Shown here in pieces: positions 1 to 8,030 of a DNA stretch of 38,379 bases (the first letter of the stretch is position 1; every line of letters starts with the position of its first letter). The stretch is taken from NCBI GenBank assembly GCA_905215795.1, contig CAJMRV010000001.1, positions 1-38,379 on the forward strand. Direction: 5' to 3'. A program made the translations under genes and the position numbers. The stretch is from an uncultured bacterium. Lineage in GTDB: Bacteria > Pseudomonadota > Gammaproteobacteria > Burkholderiales > Burkholderiaceae_F. The notes beneath the pieces were generated by a model that saw nothing but the letters and a program-made list of their open reading frames with translations, searched no databases and was not told where the DNA came from.

Positions 1-235
1 AGGAGTCCGGCACCTCAAACCCGTTGACGACGTGTTCCCGAAGCCGCCTCGTCAGGCCGCGGAGTTCCGCGGCCTCGGCTCCGGAGAGCTCCAGATTCCC
101 GTTGAGCGCATCCATGAGGCTCCTCAATACAAACTGCTGCCTGCGTATCAACGCCCGTGCGGATTCAATGTCCCCGGGCAAGGGGGTCTTGATGGGAGGA
201 GGAGTCCGTGCTTCTCGTTTCTTCATGTTCGTCAT
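1..235 (-). CDS. Hypothetical protein, truncated by the window start
   Basis: Hand translation from ATG 235 (or 226) is open to the window edge: MTNMKKREARTPPPIKTPLPGDIESARALIRRQQFVLRSLMDALNGNLELSGAEAAELRGLTRRLREHVVNGFEVPDS. Co-oriented with glmS; no family recognised. Confidence 0.5.
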   Translation of the reverse strand, partial: MTNMKKREARTPPPIKTPLPGDIESARALIRRQQFVLRSLMDALNGNLELSGAEAAELRGLTRRLREHVVNGFEVPDS

Positions 236-274
236 CCCGTGGATGGTCGGAGCGGATGCTCCGCACTTGTTTGA

Positions 275-302
275 AGGGCCCCGTAGGATTCTGCGGGGCC
301 CT
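275..302 (-). terminator. Stem-loop after glmS, probable terminator
   Basis: AGGGCCCCGTAG-GATT-CTGCGGGGCCCT inverted repeat 8 bp past the glmS stop; U tail is short. Confidence 0.55.
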
Positions 303-310
303 ATTGATCA

Positions 311-2140
311 TCACTCTACGGTCACGCTCTTGGCGAGGTTCCTCGGCTTGTCGACGTCGGTGCCGCGCACCAGCGCCGTGTGGTAGGCGAGGAGCTGGAG
401 CGGGATGACGTGGAGGATCGGCGAGAGCCGGCCGTAGTGCTCGGGCATGCGGATGACGTGCATGCGCTCGGTGGGCTCGATCTTCGAGTCGGCGTCGGCG
501 AAGACGTAGAGTTCACCGCCGCGGGCGCTCACCTCCTGCATGTTGCTCTTCAACTTTTCGAGGAGGCTGTCGTTCGGGGCGACCGTCACGACGGGCATCT
601 CACGGTCCACGAGGGCGAGCGGGCCGTGCTTGAGTTCGCCCGCGGGATAGGCCTCGGCGTGGATGTAGGAGATCTCCTTGAGCTTGAGGGCGCCTTCGAG
701 GGCGACCGGGTAGTGCATGCCGCGGCCCAGGAAGAGCGCGTGCTGCTTGCCTGCGAATCGGTGGGCCCAGTCGACGATCTCCTTCTCGAGCTTGAGCACG
801 GAGCGGATGGCCCCCGGCAGGTGCGCCAGATGGGTGCGCTCGGCGATCTCGGTCTCCTTGTCGAGGCGGCCGTTCACCTTGGCGAGCGTGAGCGCGAGCA
901 GATAAAGCGCGGTGAGCTGCGTGGTCAGGGCCTTCGTGGAGGCCACGCCGATCTCGACGCCGGCGCGCGTGATGTAGGCCATCTCGCTTTCATTGACCAT
1001 CGCGGACGTGGGCACGTTGCAGATCGTGAGGGTCTTCTTCATGCCGAGCGTGTCGCGTGCGTGGCGCAGCGCGGCGAGCGTGTCGGCGGTCTCGCCCGAC
1101 TGGGAGATCGTCACGACGAGCGTGTCCGGGGAGGGGACGCTCGCGCGGTAGCGGTATTCACTGGCGATCTCGACCTCGCAGGGGATCGCGGCGAGCTCCT
1201 CGATCCAGTACTTGGCCGTGAGCGCGGCGTAGTAGGAGGTGCCGCAGCCGAGCAGGAGCAACCGCTTCACGCCGGGGAAGACCGCCTCGGCCTTCTTGCC
1301 GAAGATCTCGGGGGTGAATTCGACGAGGCCCTCGAGCGTGTCCTCGACGGCGCGGGGCTGCTCGAAGATCTCCTTCTGCATGTAGTGGCGGTACGGCCCG
1401 AGTTCGACCGAACCCACGAAGGCGTGGACCTCGCGCACGGGACGGTCGGCCTCGATGAAGAGGGCGTCCTTCTGCTCGAAGACGCGCCAGGCGTCGGGCG
1501 TGAGGTCGACGACGTCGCCATCCTCGAGGTAGACGAAGTGTTCCGTCTCGCCGGCGAGCGCCACGGCGTCCGAGGCGATGTAGTTCTCGCCGCGGCCCAG
1601 GCCGAGCACCATCGGGGAGCCCTGGCGGGCGGCCACGAGGCGCCCCGGTTCACGGCTCGAGACGACGGCGATGGCGTAGCTGCCGCGCAGTTCGAGCGTG
1701 GTGCGTTCGACGGCCTTCAGGAGGTCGCCTTCGTAGTAGTGGTTGACCAGGTGGGCGATCACTTCGGTGTCGGTTTCGCTCTTGAAGACATAGCCGAGGC
1801 CCGTGAGGCGTTCGCGGAGTTCCTGGAAGTTCTCGATGATGCCGTTGTGGACGACCGCGATGTGGTCGCCCGAGAGCATCGGGTGGGCGTTGCACACCGT
1901 CGGGGCGCCGTGGGTCGCCCAGCGCGTGTGGGCGATGCCGGTGTCGCCTTCGAGGTGCTTTTCAGCGACCTGTTCCTCGAGCTCCTTGACGCGGGCCACG
2001 GAGCGCACGCTCTCGAGTCCCGAAGGGGTGACGGCCGCGATGCCGCAGGAGTCGTATCCGCGGTATTCAAGGCGGTGAAGGCCGGTCAGGAGGACCGGGA
2101 GCACGTTGCGTCGGGCGACGGCGGCGACAATTCCACACAT
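311..2140 (-). CDS. glmS: Glutamine-fructose-6-phosphate transaminase (isomerizing)
   Basis: N-terminal MCGIV nucleophile, [22 protein letters not shown] and C-terminal [11 protein letters not shown]. Confidence 0.99.
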   Translation of the reverse strand: MCGIVAAVARRNVLPVLLTGLHRLEYRGYDSCGIAAVTPSGLESVRSVARVKELEEQVAEKHLEGDTGIAHTRWATHGAPTVCNAHPMLSGDHIAVVHNGIIENFQELRERLTGLGYVFKSETDTEVIAHLVNHYYEGDLLKAVERTTLELRGSYAIAVVSSREPGRLVAARQGSPMVLGLGRGENYIASDAVALAGETEHFVYLEDGDVVDLTPDAWRVFEQKDALFIEADRPVREVHAFVGSVELGPYRHYMQKEIFEQPRAVEDTLEGLVEFTPEIFGKKAEAVFPGVKRLLLLGCGTSYYAALTAKYWIEELAAIPCEVEIASEYRYRASVPSPDTLVVTISQSGETADTLAALRHARDTLGMKKTLTICNVPTSAMVNESEMAYITRAGVEIGVASTKALTTQLTALYLLALTLAKVNGRLDKETEIAERTHLAHLPGAIRSVLKLEKEIVDWAHRFAGKQHALFLGRGMHYPVALEGALKLKEISYIHAEAYPAGELKHGPLALVDREMPVVTVAPNDSLLEKLKSNMQEVSARGGELYVFADADSKIEPTERMHVIRMPEHYGRLSPILHVIPLQLLAYHTALVRGTDVDKPRNLAKSVTVE

Positions 2141-2156
2141 GGTTGTTCTTCCTAAA

Positions 2157-3536
2157 TCAGATGTTCTTCTTGACGGGGGCCTTCACGGGGCGCTTCCAGC
2201 CCTCCTTGACGACCTGCTTGCCCACGATCACCGTGAGCGCGTTGGCGGGGGCGTCCTTCCTCAGGGTGCCGCCCGCGCCGATGGTGGCCATCTCGCCCAC
2301 CGTGACGGGGGCGACGAGCTTGACGCCCGAGCCGATGAAGGCGTCGTCACCGATCGTGGTGGTCCACTTGTTGGCGCCGTCGTAATTGCAGGTGATGACA
2401 CCCGCGCCCACGTTGACGCGGCGTCCGATCACGGAGTCGCCCACGTACGTGAGATGGTTGATCTTGGTCTTCTCGCCGACCTCGCTCTTCTTCACCTCGA
2501 CGAAGTTGCCGATGTGGTTGCCGCCCAGCAGGCGGGTCTTCGGACGCAGGCGCGAGAACGGGCCGATGCGGCATTCCGGACCCACGACGGCGTCGTCGAC
2601 GTGCGTGTAGGCGAGGATCTCGGTGCCCTCGGCGACGTCGGCGTCGCGGATCACGCAGTACGGACCCACGGTGACACCGTCGGCGAGATGCACGCTGCCT
2701 TCGAAGACGCAGCCCACGTCGATGAAGACATCCGAGCCGCAGGTGAGTTCGCCCCTGACGTCGATCCTGTCCGGATCGGCGAGCGTGACGCCCTGTTCAA
2801 GGAGCGAGGCGGCGACGGCGCGCTGGTGGGTGCGCTCGAGCGCGGCGAGCTGGACCTTGGAGTTGACGCCCTCGACCTCGTAGAGGTGTTCCGGGCTCAC
2901 GGTCAGGATCCTGACGCCGTCGCGCACAGCCAGGCCGATCACGTCGGTGAGGTAGTACTCGCCCTGGGCGTTCTCGTTCTTCAACTCGGAGAGCCATCCC
3001 TCGAGACGGGCCGTCGGGAAGCGCATGATGCCGGTGTTCACCTCGGTGATGCGGCGTTCGTCGTCCGTGGCGTCCTTCTCCTCGACGATCGAGACCACGC
3101 GGCCGTCCTGGCGGACGATGCGGCCGTAGCCCTTGGGGTTGTCGAGGCGGACGGTGACGATGACGAGGTCGTCGTCGCCGCCCTCGGTGGCGAGGGCCTT
3201 GAGCGTGGCGGGCTTCAGGAGCGGCACGTCGCCCAGGCAGACCACCGTGCGCGGGGCCTCCATGTCGAGGGCGTCCAAGGCGCACTTCAGGGCGTGCCCG
3301 GTGCCGAGCTGGGGCATCTGGGTGGCGAAGTGGAGTTCCGGACGATTTTCAAGACGTGCGCGCAGGACGTCGGCGCCGTGGCCGACGACCACGACCGGGC
3401 GGACTCCCTCGAGCGTGCCCACGCAGTCGAGCACGTGCTCGATCATGGGACGGCCGGCGAGCGGCTGGAGAACCTTCGGGAGCTTCGAGCGCATGCGCTT
3501 GCCCATGCCGGCGGCGAGAACGACGATATTCATCAT
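2157..3536 (-). CDS. glmU: Bifunctional UDP-GlcNAc diphosphorylase / glucosamine-1-phosphate acetyltransferase
   Basis: [17 protein letters not shown], hexapeptide repeats, GNFVEVK, NYDGANK. Start moved from 3626 to MMNIVVL at 3536 (or 3533). Confidence 0.98.
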   Translation of the reverse strand: MMNIVVLAAGMGKRMRSKLPKVLQPLAGRPMIEHVLDCVGTLEGVRPVVVVGHGADVLRARLENRPELHFATQMPQLGTGHALKCALDALDMEAPRTVVCLGDVPLLKPATLKALATEGGDDDLVIVTVRLDNPKGYGRIVRQDGRVVSIVEEKDATDDERRITEVNTGIMRFPTARLEGWLSELKNENAQGEYYLTDVIGLAVRDGVRILTVSPEHLYEVEGVNSKVQLAALERTHQRAVAASLLEQGVTLADPDRIDVRGELTCGSDVFIDVGCVFEGSVHLADGVTVGPYCVIRDADVAEGTEILAYTHVDDAVVGPECRIGPFSRLRPKTRLLGGNHIGNFVEVKKSEVGEKTKINHLTYVGDSVIGRRVNVGAGVITCNYDGANKWTTTIGDDAFIGSGVKLVAPVTVGEMATIGAGGTLRKDAPANALTVIVGKQVVKEGWKRPVKAPVKKNI

Positions 3537-3609
3537 GGTTTGACTGACCCTGATCCTTTTTTTTCGAATTGATTCGGGCGGGATTCCCCTCCGGGGCCCG
3601 CACATCGAG

Positions 3610-3641
3610 AAAACGGGCCGCTTCACCTGAAGGCGGCCCGT
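3610..3641 (-). terminator. Intrinsic terminator after the symporter gene
   Basis: ACGGGCCGCTTCA-CC-TGAAGGCGGCCCGT hairpin followed by a short T run on the minus strand. Confidence 0.6.
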
Positions 3642-3666
3642 CTCTTCAAGAGTACCCTAGATTTTA

Positions 3667-5190
3667 TCAAGACGCGGTGACAGCGTCAGCACGGATCGCC
3701 GGCTCGGGCGTGCTCATGCGCTGGGGCTTGAACGTGTCCACGGACGCGTCGCCGGCCTGTTCCTTCCACCAGGCGAGGTATTCGCGGTTGGCCTTGCACG
3801 GGGCGAGCGAGCCGATGAGCATGCCGACGCCGGCCATGATGAAGCCGCCCAGGACGTTGGGCATCACTTCACCGAGGGGCGTGAACGAGAGCACGGCCCA
3901 CGTGACGGCCCCGAGACCCATCGACGTGAACACGCCGAGCCTCGTGGTGCGGCGCCAGTACAGACCGCACACGAGCGGCCAGAACGCGCCGATCACCGGG
4001 AACTGGTAGGCCATGGCGACCATGTCGTAGATGGCGGTCCCCTCGAAGTACAGGCTGTAGCTGAGGACCATCATCGCGAAGAAGAAGACCGTGCAACGCA
4101 TGGCGCGGAGCATGTTGCGGTCGTTCAGGCGGATCACGTGCGAAAGGATGTTGCTCACGAACGAGGTCGACGGGGCGAGCATCGTCGCCGAAGCGGTCGA
4201 CATGACGGCCGAGAGCACGGCGCCGAAGAAGACGACGCGCAGCCACATGGGCATGTAGTCCTTGACGAGCGTCGGCAGGAGGCGCTGCGGATCCGAACCG
4301 AGCATCTCACGGGCGGACTCGGGGATGATCAGAATGGCGGCGATGACGATCGCCATCGGGACGAAGGCGAAGAGGATGTACGTGCACCCGCCGATGATCG
4401 GGCCGGCCACGGCCGTCTGGACGTTCTTGGCGGACATGACGCGCTGGAAGACGTCCTGCTGCGGGATCGAGCCGATCATCATGGTGATGGCCGCCGAGAT
4501 CCAGAACAGCCAGCCGCTCACGGTGTGTTCGGGGAGTGCGTGGAAGAGCTCGTGCTCGCGGGCGTAGCCCACGATGTTGTGGAAGCCCCCGGCGAGGTTC
4601 GAGGCGAACCAGAGCACGCCGAGCAGGCCGAAGATGATGATGATCATCTGCACGAAGTCGGTGACGGCCACCGACCACATGCCGCCGTACATCGTGTAGG
4701 CGAGCACCACGGTGGTGCCGATCACCATGCCGGTGCTCACGGAGATCCACCCTTCGGTGATCAGGTTGATGACGAGCCCGAGCGCGGCGACCTGCGCGCC
4801 CACCCACCCGAGGTAGGAGAGCACGATGAAGATGGTGCAGAGGACTTCGATGACCGGACCGTAGCGGCGGCGGTAGTAGTCGCCCAGGGTGAGGATGTTG
4901 AGCTTGTAGAGTCGCTGTGCGAAGAAGACGCCCACAAGAACGAGCGCCATGCCGGAACCGAAGGGTTCTTCGATGACGCCGGCGATTCCGCTCTCGATGA
5001 AGCGGCCGGGGAGACCGAGAATGGTTTCCGACCCGAACCAGGTCGCAAACGTTGCGGTGATGACCATGGGCAGGGGGAGGCTACGCCCTGCAAGCGCAAA
5101 ATCTTTCGTACTGCTGACACGTGTGGCCGCGAACACGCCGATGGCGATCGTCAGCAACATGTAAAGCAATACAAAACCAATCAGCGTCAT
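3667..5190 (-). CDS. Sodium:solute symporter (SSS) family protein; substrate unknown
   Basis: DFALAGRSL, ATWFGSET, YTMYGGMWSVAVTDFVQ, QRVMSAK, SAVMST and many hydrophobic helices. Start MTLIGFV at 5190 follows RBS GAAAGGTGAG. Confidence 0.93.
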   Translation of the reverse strand: MTLIGFVLLYMLLTIAIGVFAATRVSSTKDFALAGRSLPLPMVITATFATWFGSETILGLPGRFIESGIAGVIEEPFGSGMALVLVGVFFAQRLYKLNILTLGDYYRRRYGPVIEVLCTIFIVLSYLGWVGAQVAALGLVINLITEGWISVSTGMVIGTTVVLAYTMYGGMWSVAVTDFVQMIIIIFGLLGVLWFASNLAGGFHNIVGYAREHELFHALPEHTVSGWLFWISAAITMMIGSIPQQDVFQRVMSAKNVQTAVAGPIIGGCTYILFAFVPMAIVIAAILIIPESAREMLGSDPQRLLPTLVKDYMPMWLRVVFFGAVLSAVMSTASATMLAPSTSFVSNILSHVIRLNDRNMLRAMRCTVFFFAMMVLSYSLYFEGTAIYDMVAMAYQFPVIGAFWPLVCGLYWRRTTRLGVFTSMGLGAVTWAVLSFTPLGEVMPNVLGGFIMAGVGMLIGSLAPCKANREYLAWWKEQAGDASVDTFKPQRMSTPEPAIRADAVTAS

Positions 5191-5243
5191 CTCACCTTTC
5201 CTTATAAAACGACGTTGAACGGAAACTCTTCTTAATGGCGCGA

Positions 5244-5334
5244 ATTGTAGGGGCAATCACTCGCGGGGGAGACCCGCAGGTGAAAAAAATCCCTCCTCTA
5301 TCGTCACAATCGAGCGATGTTTCATTTAAATCAA
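5244..5334 (-). promoter_or_regulatory. Putative symporter promoter: -10 TACAAT plus an FNR-like box
   Basis: TACAAT on the minus strand at 5244-5249; TTCAT-TTAA-ATCAA at 5321-5334 matches TTGAT-N4-ATCAA at 9 of 10 positions. Confidence 0.35.
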
Positions 5335-5367
5335 AAGACGGGGGATTTCATCCGACCTCCCCCGTCT
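5332..5367 (-). terminator. Intrinsic terminator after the Tim44-domain gene
   Basis: AGACGGGGGA...TCCCCCGTCT stem with TTTT on the minus strand. Confidence 0.6.
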
Positions 5368-5390
5368 GTACGAGCCGGAAACGGCCTCCG

Positions 5391-6386
5391 TCAGTTCGGA
5401 GCCGATTCGTTCTGCTTGATGCCCGAAAGGATCCAGCCTTCGTTCCCTTCAACGGGTTTTTCGAGGATCCAGAGCTCGTCGGCGGGTTCCTTCTCGCCGT
5501 TGACGACGATGTCGGAAGTGAAGCGCACGACAGCCACGTAGCGGTCGCCCTCAAGAGCGATCCCGAAAAGTTCATTCTTAAGGTTTTGAACCTCGATGTC
5601 AAACTTTTCGTTTCCGCGCTCGCGCAGCTGATGCGTGAGGGCGATGAAGATGTCGTTGCTCGTGAAGTCCGAGATGTCGATCACATTGCCTGAGGCCCAG
5701 GCCTTCTGCAGTTTCACGTAGTTCTCGGCGGCCACCTTCAGGAAGGCCTCGCGGTCGAAATCGGCGGGCGTGACGTCGGCGGCGCCGTCAGCGGCGGCCT
5801 GCGCGGCGGAGCCGCCCGTGAACTGGTCCATCACCGAGCCCGGACGGGCGCCGGCGGCGGAAGCCGACGGAGCGGCGGGTTCGACGGGTTCGGCGCGTCG
5901 TTCGAAGACGGGGGCCTCGGGTTCCTGCTGGGGAGCCCCGGCGGCGGGGTTCATCGAGGAGCGGCCCGCATTGCCGGCCGCGGCGGAGCGGCGGGCGAAG
6001 ATCAGGCGCACGACGTAGAAGACGACGAGCGCGAGCAGGAGGCCGGTGATGAAGTTGGCCAGACCGGCGCCGCCCAGACCGAGCATGCTCAGGAGGGCGC
6101 TGATGCCGAGGCCGGCGGCGAGGCCGCCGAGGATCGACTTCATCATGGAGGGACGAGCGGCGGCGCCCGCGGCGTTGGTGGCCGCACCCGGACGGGCGGC
6201 GGCCTTGGGAGCCTGCGTGGCGGCCTTCGGGGCCGTGAATCCGGAGCCCATCGGGGCCTTCTGGACGAACGTCGGCGCGCTGCGGCCGAAACTCATGCCG
6301 CCGCCGAAGCGTCGGGCCGCGTCGGCTTCGAGCGACATGGTCGCGAGGCTCAGGCAGACGACGGCGATGGTGAGAAACTTCTTCAT
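5391..6386 (-). CDS. Tim44 domain-containing membrane protein
   Basis: Signal peptide then ARRFGGGMSFGR, Gly/Leu-rich helices (GGLAAGLGISAL), PADFDREAFL, LQKAW and C-terminal WILSGIKQ; directly downstream of ubiE. Confidence 0.92.
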   Translation of the reverse strand: MKKFLTIAVVCLSLATMSLEADAARRFGGGMSFGRSAPTFVQKAPMGSGFTAPKAATQAPKAAARPGAATNAAGAAARPSMMKSILGGLAAGLGISALLSMLGLGGAGLANFITGLLLALVVFYVVRLIFARRSAAAGNAGRSSMNPAAGAPQQEPEAPVFERRAEPVEPAAPSASAAGARPGSVMDQFTGGSAAQAAADGAADVTPADFDREAFLKVAAENYVKLQKAWASGNVIDISDFTSNDIFIALTHQLRERGNEKFDIEVQNLKNELFGIALEGDRYVAVVRFTSDIVVNGEKEPADELWILEKPVEGNEGWILSGIKQNESAPN

Positions 6387-6465
6387 GTAATTCCTTCTCC
6401 TTGGGGTGGAATCAGGGTCGTAAAGACGACCGGGGCATTCCGTTTTCCTCCGGAATGCCCTTGTG

Positions 6466-7248
6466 TCATTCAGGCTTGCGGCCCGTGTGGAGCGCGCAGA
6501 TGCCCCACGTAAGATTGTGCCATGTTACGTCCGCGAATCCCACCGACTTCATGATTCCGGCGAAGGTAGGTTGGTCGGGATGCATGCGGATGGATTCGGC
6601 GAGATACCTGTAGGACTCGGCATCCCCGGCGATGACGCCGCCGGCCCAGGGCATGAAATGGAACGAGTAAAAATCGTAAAAAAACTTTAACCAGGGCGAG
6701 CAGCGCGAGAATTCGAGAACGAACACGCGTCCGCCGGGCTTGAGCACGCGGAGCATTTCAGCGAGGGCGCGGTCCTTGTGCGTCATGTTGCGGATGCCGA
6801 AGGAAACCGTGATCGCGTCGAAGGAGGCGTCCTCGAAGGGGAGGTTCTCGGCGTCGGCCTCGACGACCGGACAGGGCAGGCCCGCCTCGGCGAGGCGGCG
6901 TTCGCCCACGGTGAGCATCTCGTGGTTGATGTCGGTGGCGACGACGTTGCCGGCGCCGACCTTGCGGGCCATCGCGATGGCGAGGTCGCACGTGCCGCTG
7001 GCGATGTCGAGCACCTTCATGCCCGGCTTCAAACCGATCGAGTTGATCGTGTAGCGCTTCCACCAGCGGTGCAGGCCGAAGCTCAGGAGGTCGTTGAGGA
7101 CGTCGTACTTGGAGGCGACGGAGTCGAAGACCTCACGGACGTGGTCGGCCTTTTCGGATTCGTCCACCTGGGTGTAGCCGAAGTCGATCTTGTGTTCCGT
7201 GTTCTTGGCGTCCTTGGCGGGCGCGGCGCTAGGCTTGTTAGAGTCCAT
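6466..7248 (-). CDS. ubiE: UbiE/MenG quinone C-methyltransferase
   Basis: IDFGY, VFDSVASKYDVLNDLLSFGLHRWWK, SAM motif LDIASGT, FGIRN, RVLKPGG, YLAESI. Confidence 0.97.
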   Translation of the reverse strand: MDSNKPSAAPAKDAKNTEHKIDFGYTQVDESEKADHVREVFDSVASKYDVLNDLLSFGLHRWWKRYTINSIGLKPGMKVLDIASGTCDLAIAMARKVGAGNVVATDINHEMLTVGERRLAEAGLPCPVVEADAENLPFEDASFDAITVSFGIRNMTHKDRALAEMLRVLKPGGRVFVLEFSRCSPWLKFFYDFYSFHFMPWAGGVIAGDAESYRYLAESIRMHPDQPTFAGIMKSVGFADVTWHNLTWGICALHTGRKPE

Positions 7249-7881
7249 GTCGAAAATCGCGTTCTATGAGGTTCTGCTGAGGGGAGGGATTCTCAGGAAT
7301 CCCGCATCCGGGCGCGACCTTCGGGCCTCCTCCTGGAGGTCCGGGCCTTCCCGCCGCGCAGGGTCGCGCGCAGCGGTCGCTCTTCTTATCTTTCAAACAA
7401 GAGGGAAAAGAAAAAACCCCGGGAACGACGTCGGCGAGCGCCTTCCGCCGGAACCCGCGGGCCTCTTGAATTGCGGGAAAAGCTTATCACAATCAAGCCC
7501 CCCGGGACGCCCTCAGACGCCCCCCGTTTTCCGGGAAAAACGGGATTCAAACGAGAACGGCCCCCCGGGGTGCCGGAGGCCCCGAAAGGGCTCCCCTCCC
7601 ATAGAAAAAAAATAACGGCGGGCCCACGGGGATAGTCGTTTTTTCACACCCTGTCCTCCGTTCACGAAAATCCGCGGATCCGGGCGAGCGGGAGGCTGAA
7701 GCGCATGATCCAGAAAGAAAATCCTGCGCTCCGCCGGCGGCACGGGATCGGGGACCGGTCCCCCTCCCAGGAAACGCGGTTGAACGATGTTTTTGGCCTC
7801 CTCATCCATCTCAGGAGGCCATAAAACCACTGGGCAGCCCCATGCCACGCTGAACGGTCAATCCTCGGAACGCCTACTGCC

Positions 7882-7920
7882 AAAAGAAAATCCCGCACTG
7901 TTCTGAACAGCACGGGATTT
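7882..7920 (-). terminator. Intrinsic terminator after tRNA-Arg
   Basis: Minus strand AAATCCCGTGCTGTTC-A-GAACAGTGCGGGATTTTCTTTT immediately after the tRNA CCA. Confidence 0.75.
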
Positions 7921-7927
7921 GAGAAAC

Positions 7928-8002
7928 TGGTCCCCTCGGTAGGAATCGAACCTGCAATTCAGCCTTCGGAGGGCCGCGTGATATCCATTTCACCACGAGG
8001 AG
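7928..8002 (-). tRNA. tRNA-Arg (anticodon CCG)
   Basis: 75-nt cloverleaf: CTCCTCG acceptor, GTGA/TCAC D stem with A20, CGGCC-CTCCGAA-GGCTG anticodon arm, GGTTCGATTCC T loop, encoded CCA. Confidence 0.97.
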
Positions 8003-8011
8003 GGAAGAACC

Positions 8012-8017
8012 ATTATA
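8012..8017 (-). promoter_or_regulatory. -10 element for the tRNA gene
   Basis: Perfect TATAAT ending 9 bp upstream of the mature tRNA 5' end; no clear -35. Confidence 0.5.
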
Positions 8018-8030
8018 CGTGAGTTCTCCC

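Noticed and set aside
2141..2156. glmS ribozyme or sRNA-target leader
   Set aside because: Only 16 bp separate glmU and glmS, which is too short for such an element.
3537..3626. N-terminal extensions in the ORF track for glmU, the symporter, usp, atpC and atpE
   Set aside because: Downstream ATGs match family N-termini and mostly have better RBSs; the extensions run through terminators or spacers.
7755..7766. GGTCCCCCTC resembling the tRNA 3' end (possible att duplication)
   Set aside because: Short, imperfect match in GC-rich DNA with no integrase nearby.
7190..7913. ORFs 7190-7615, 7513-7848 and 7662-7913 as genes
   Set aside because: Pro/Arg-rich translations, no clear RBS, mutual overlap and atypical codon use.
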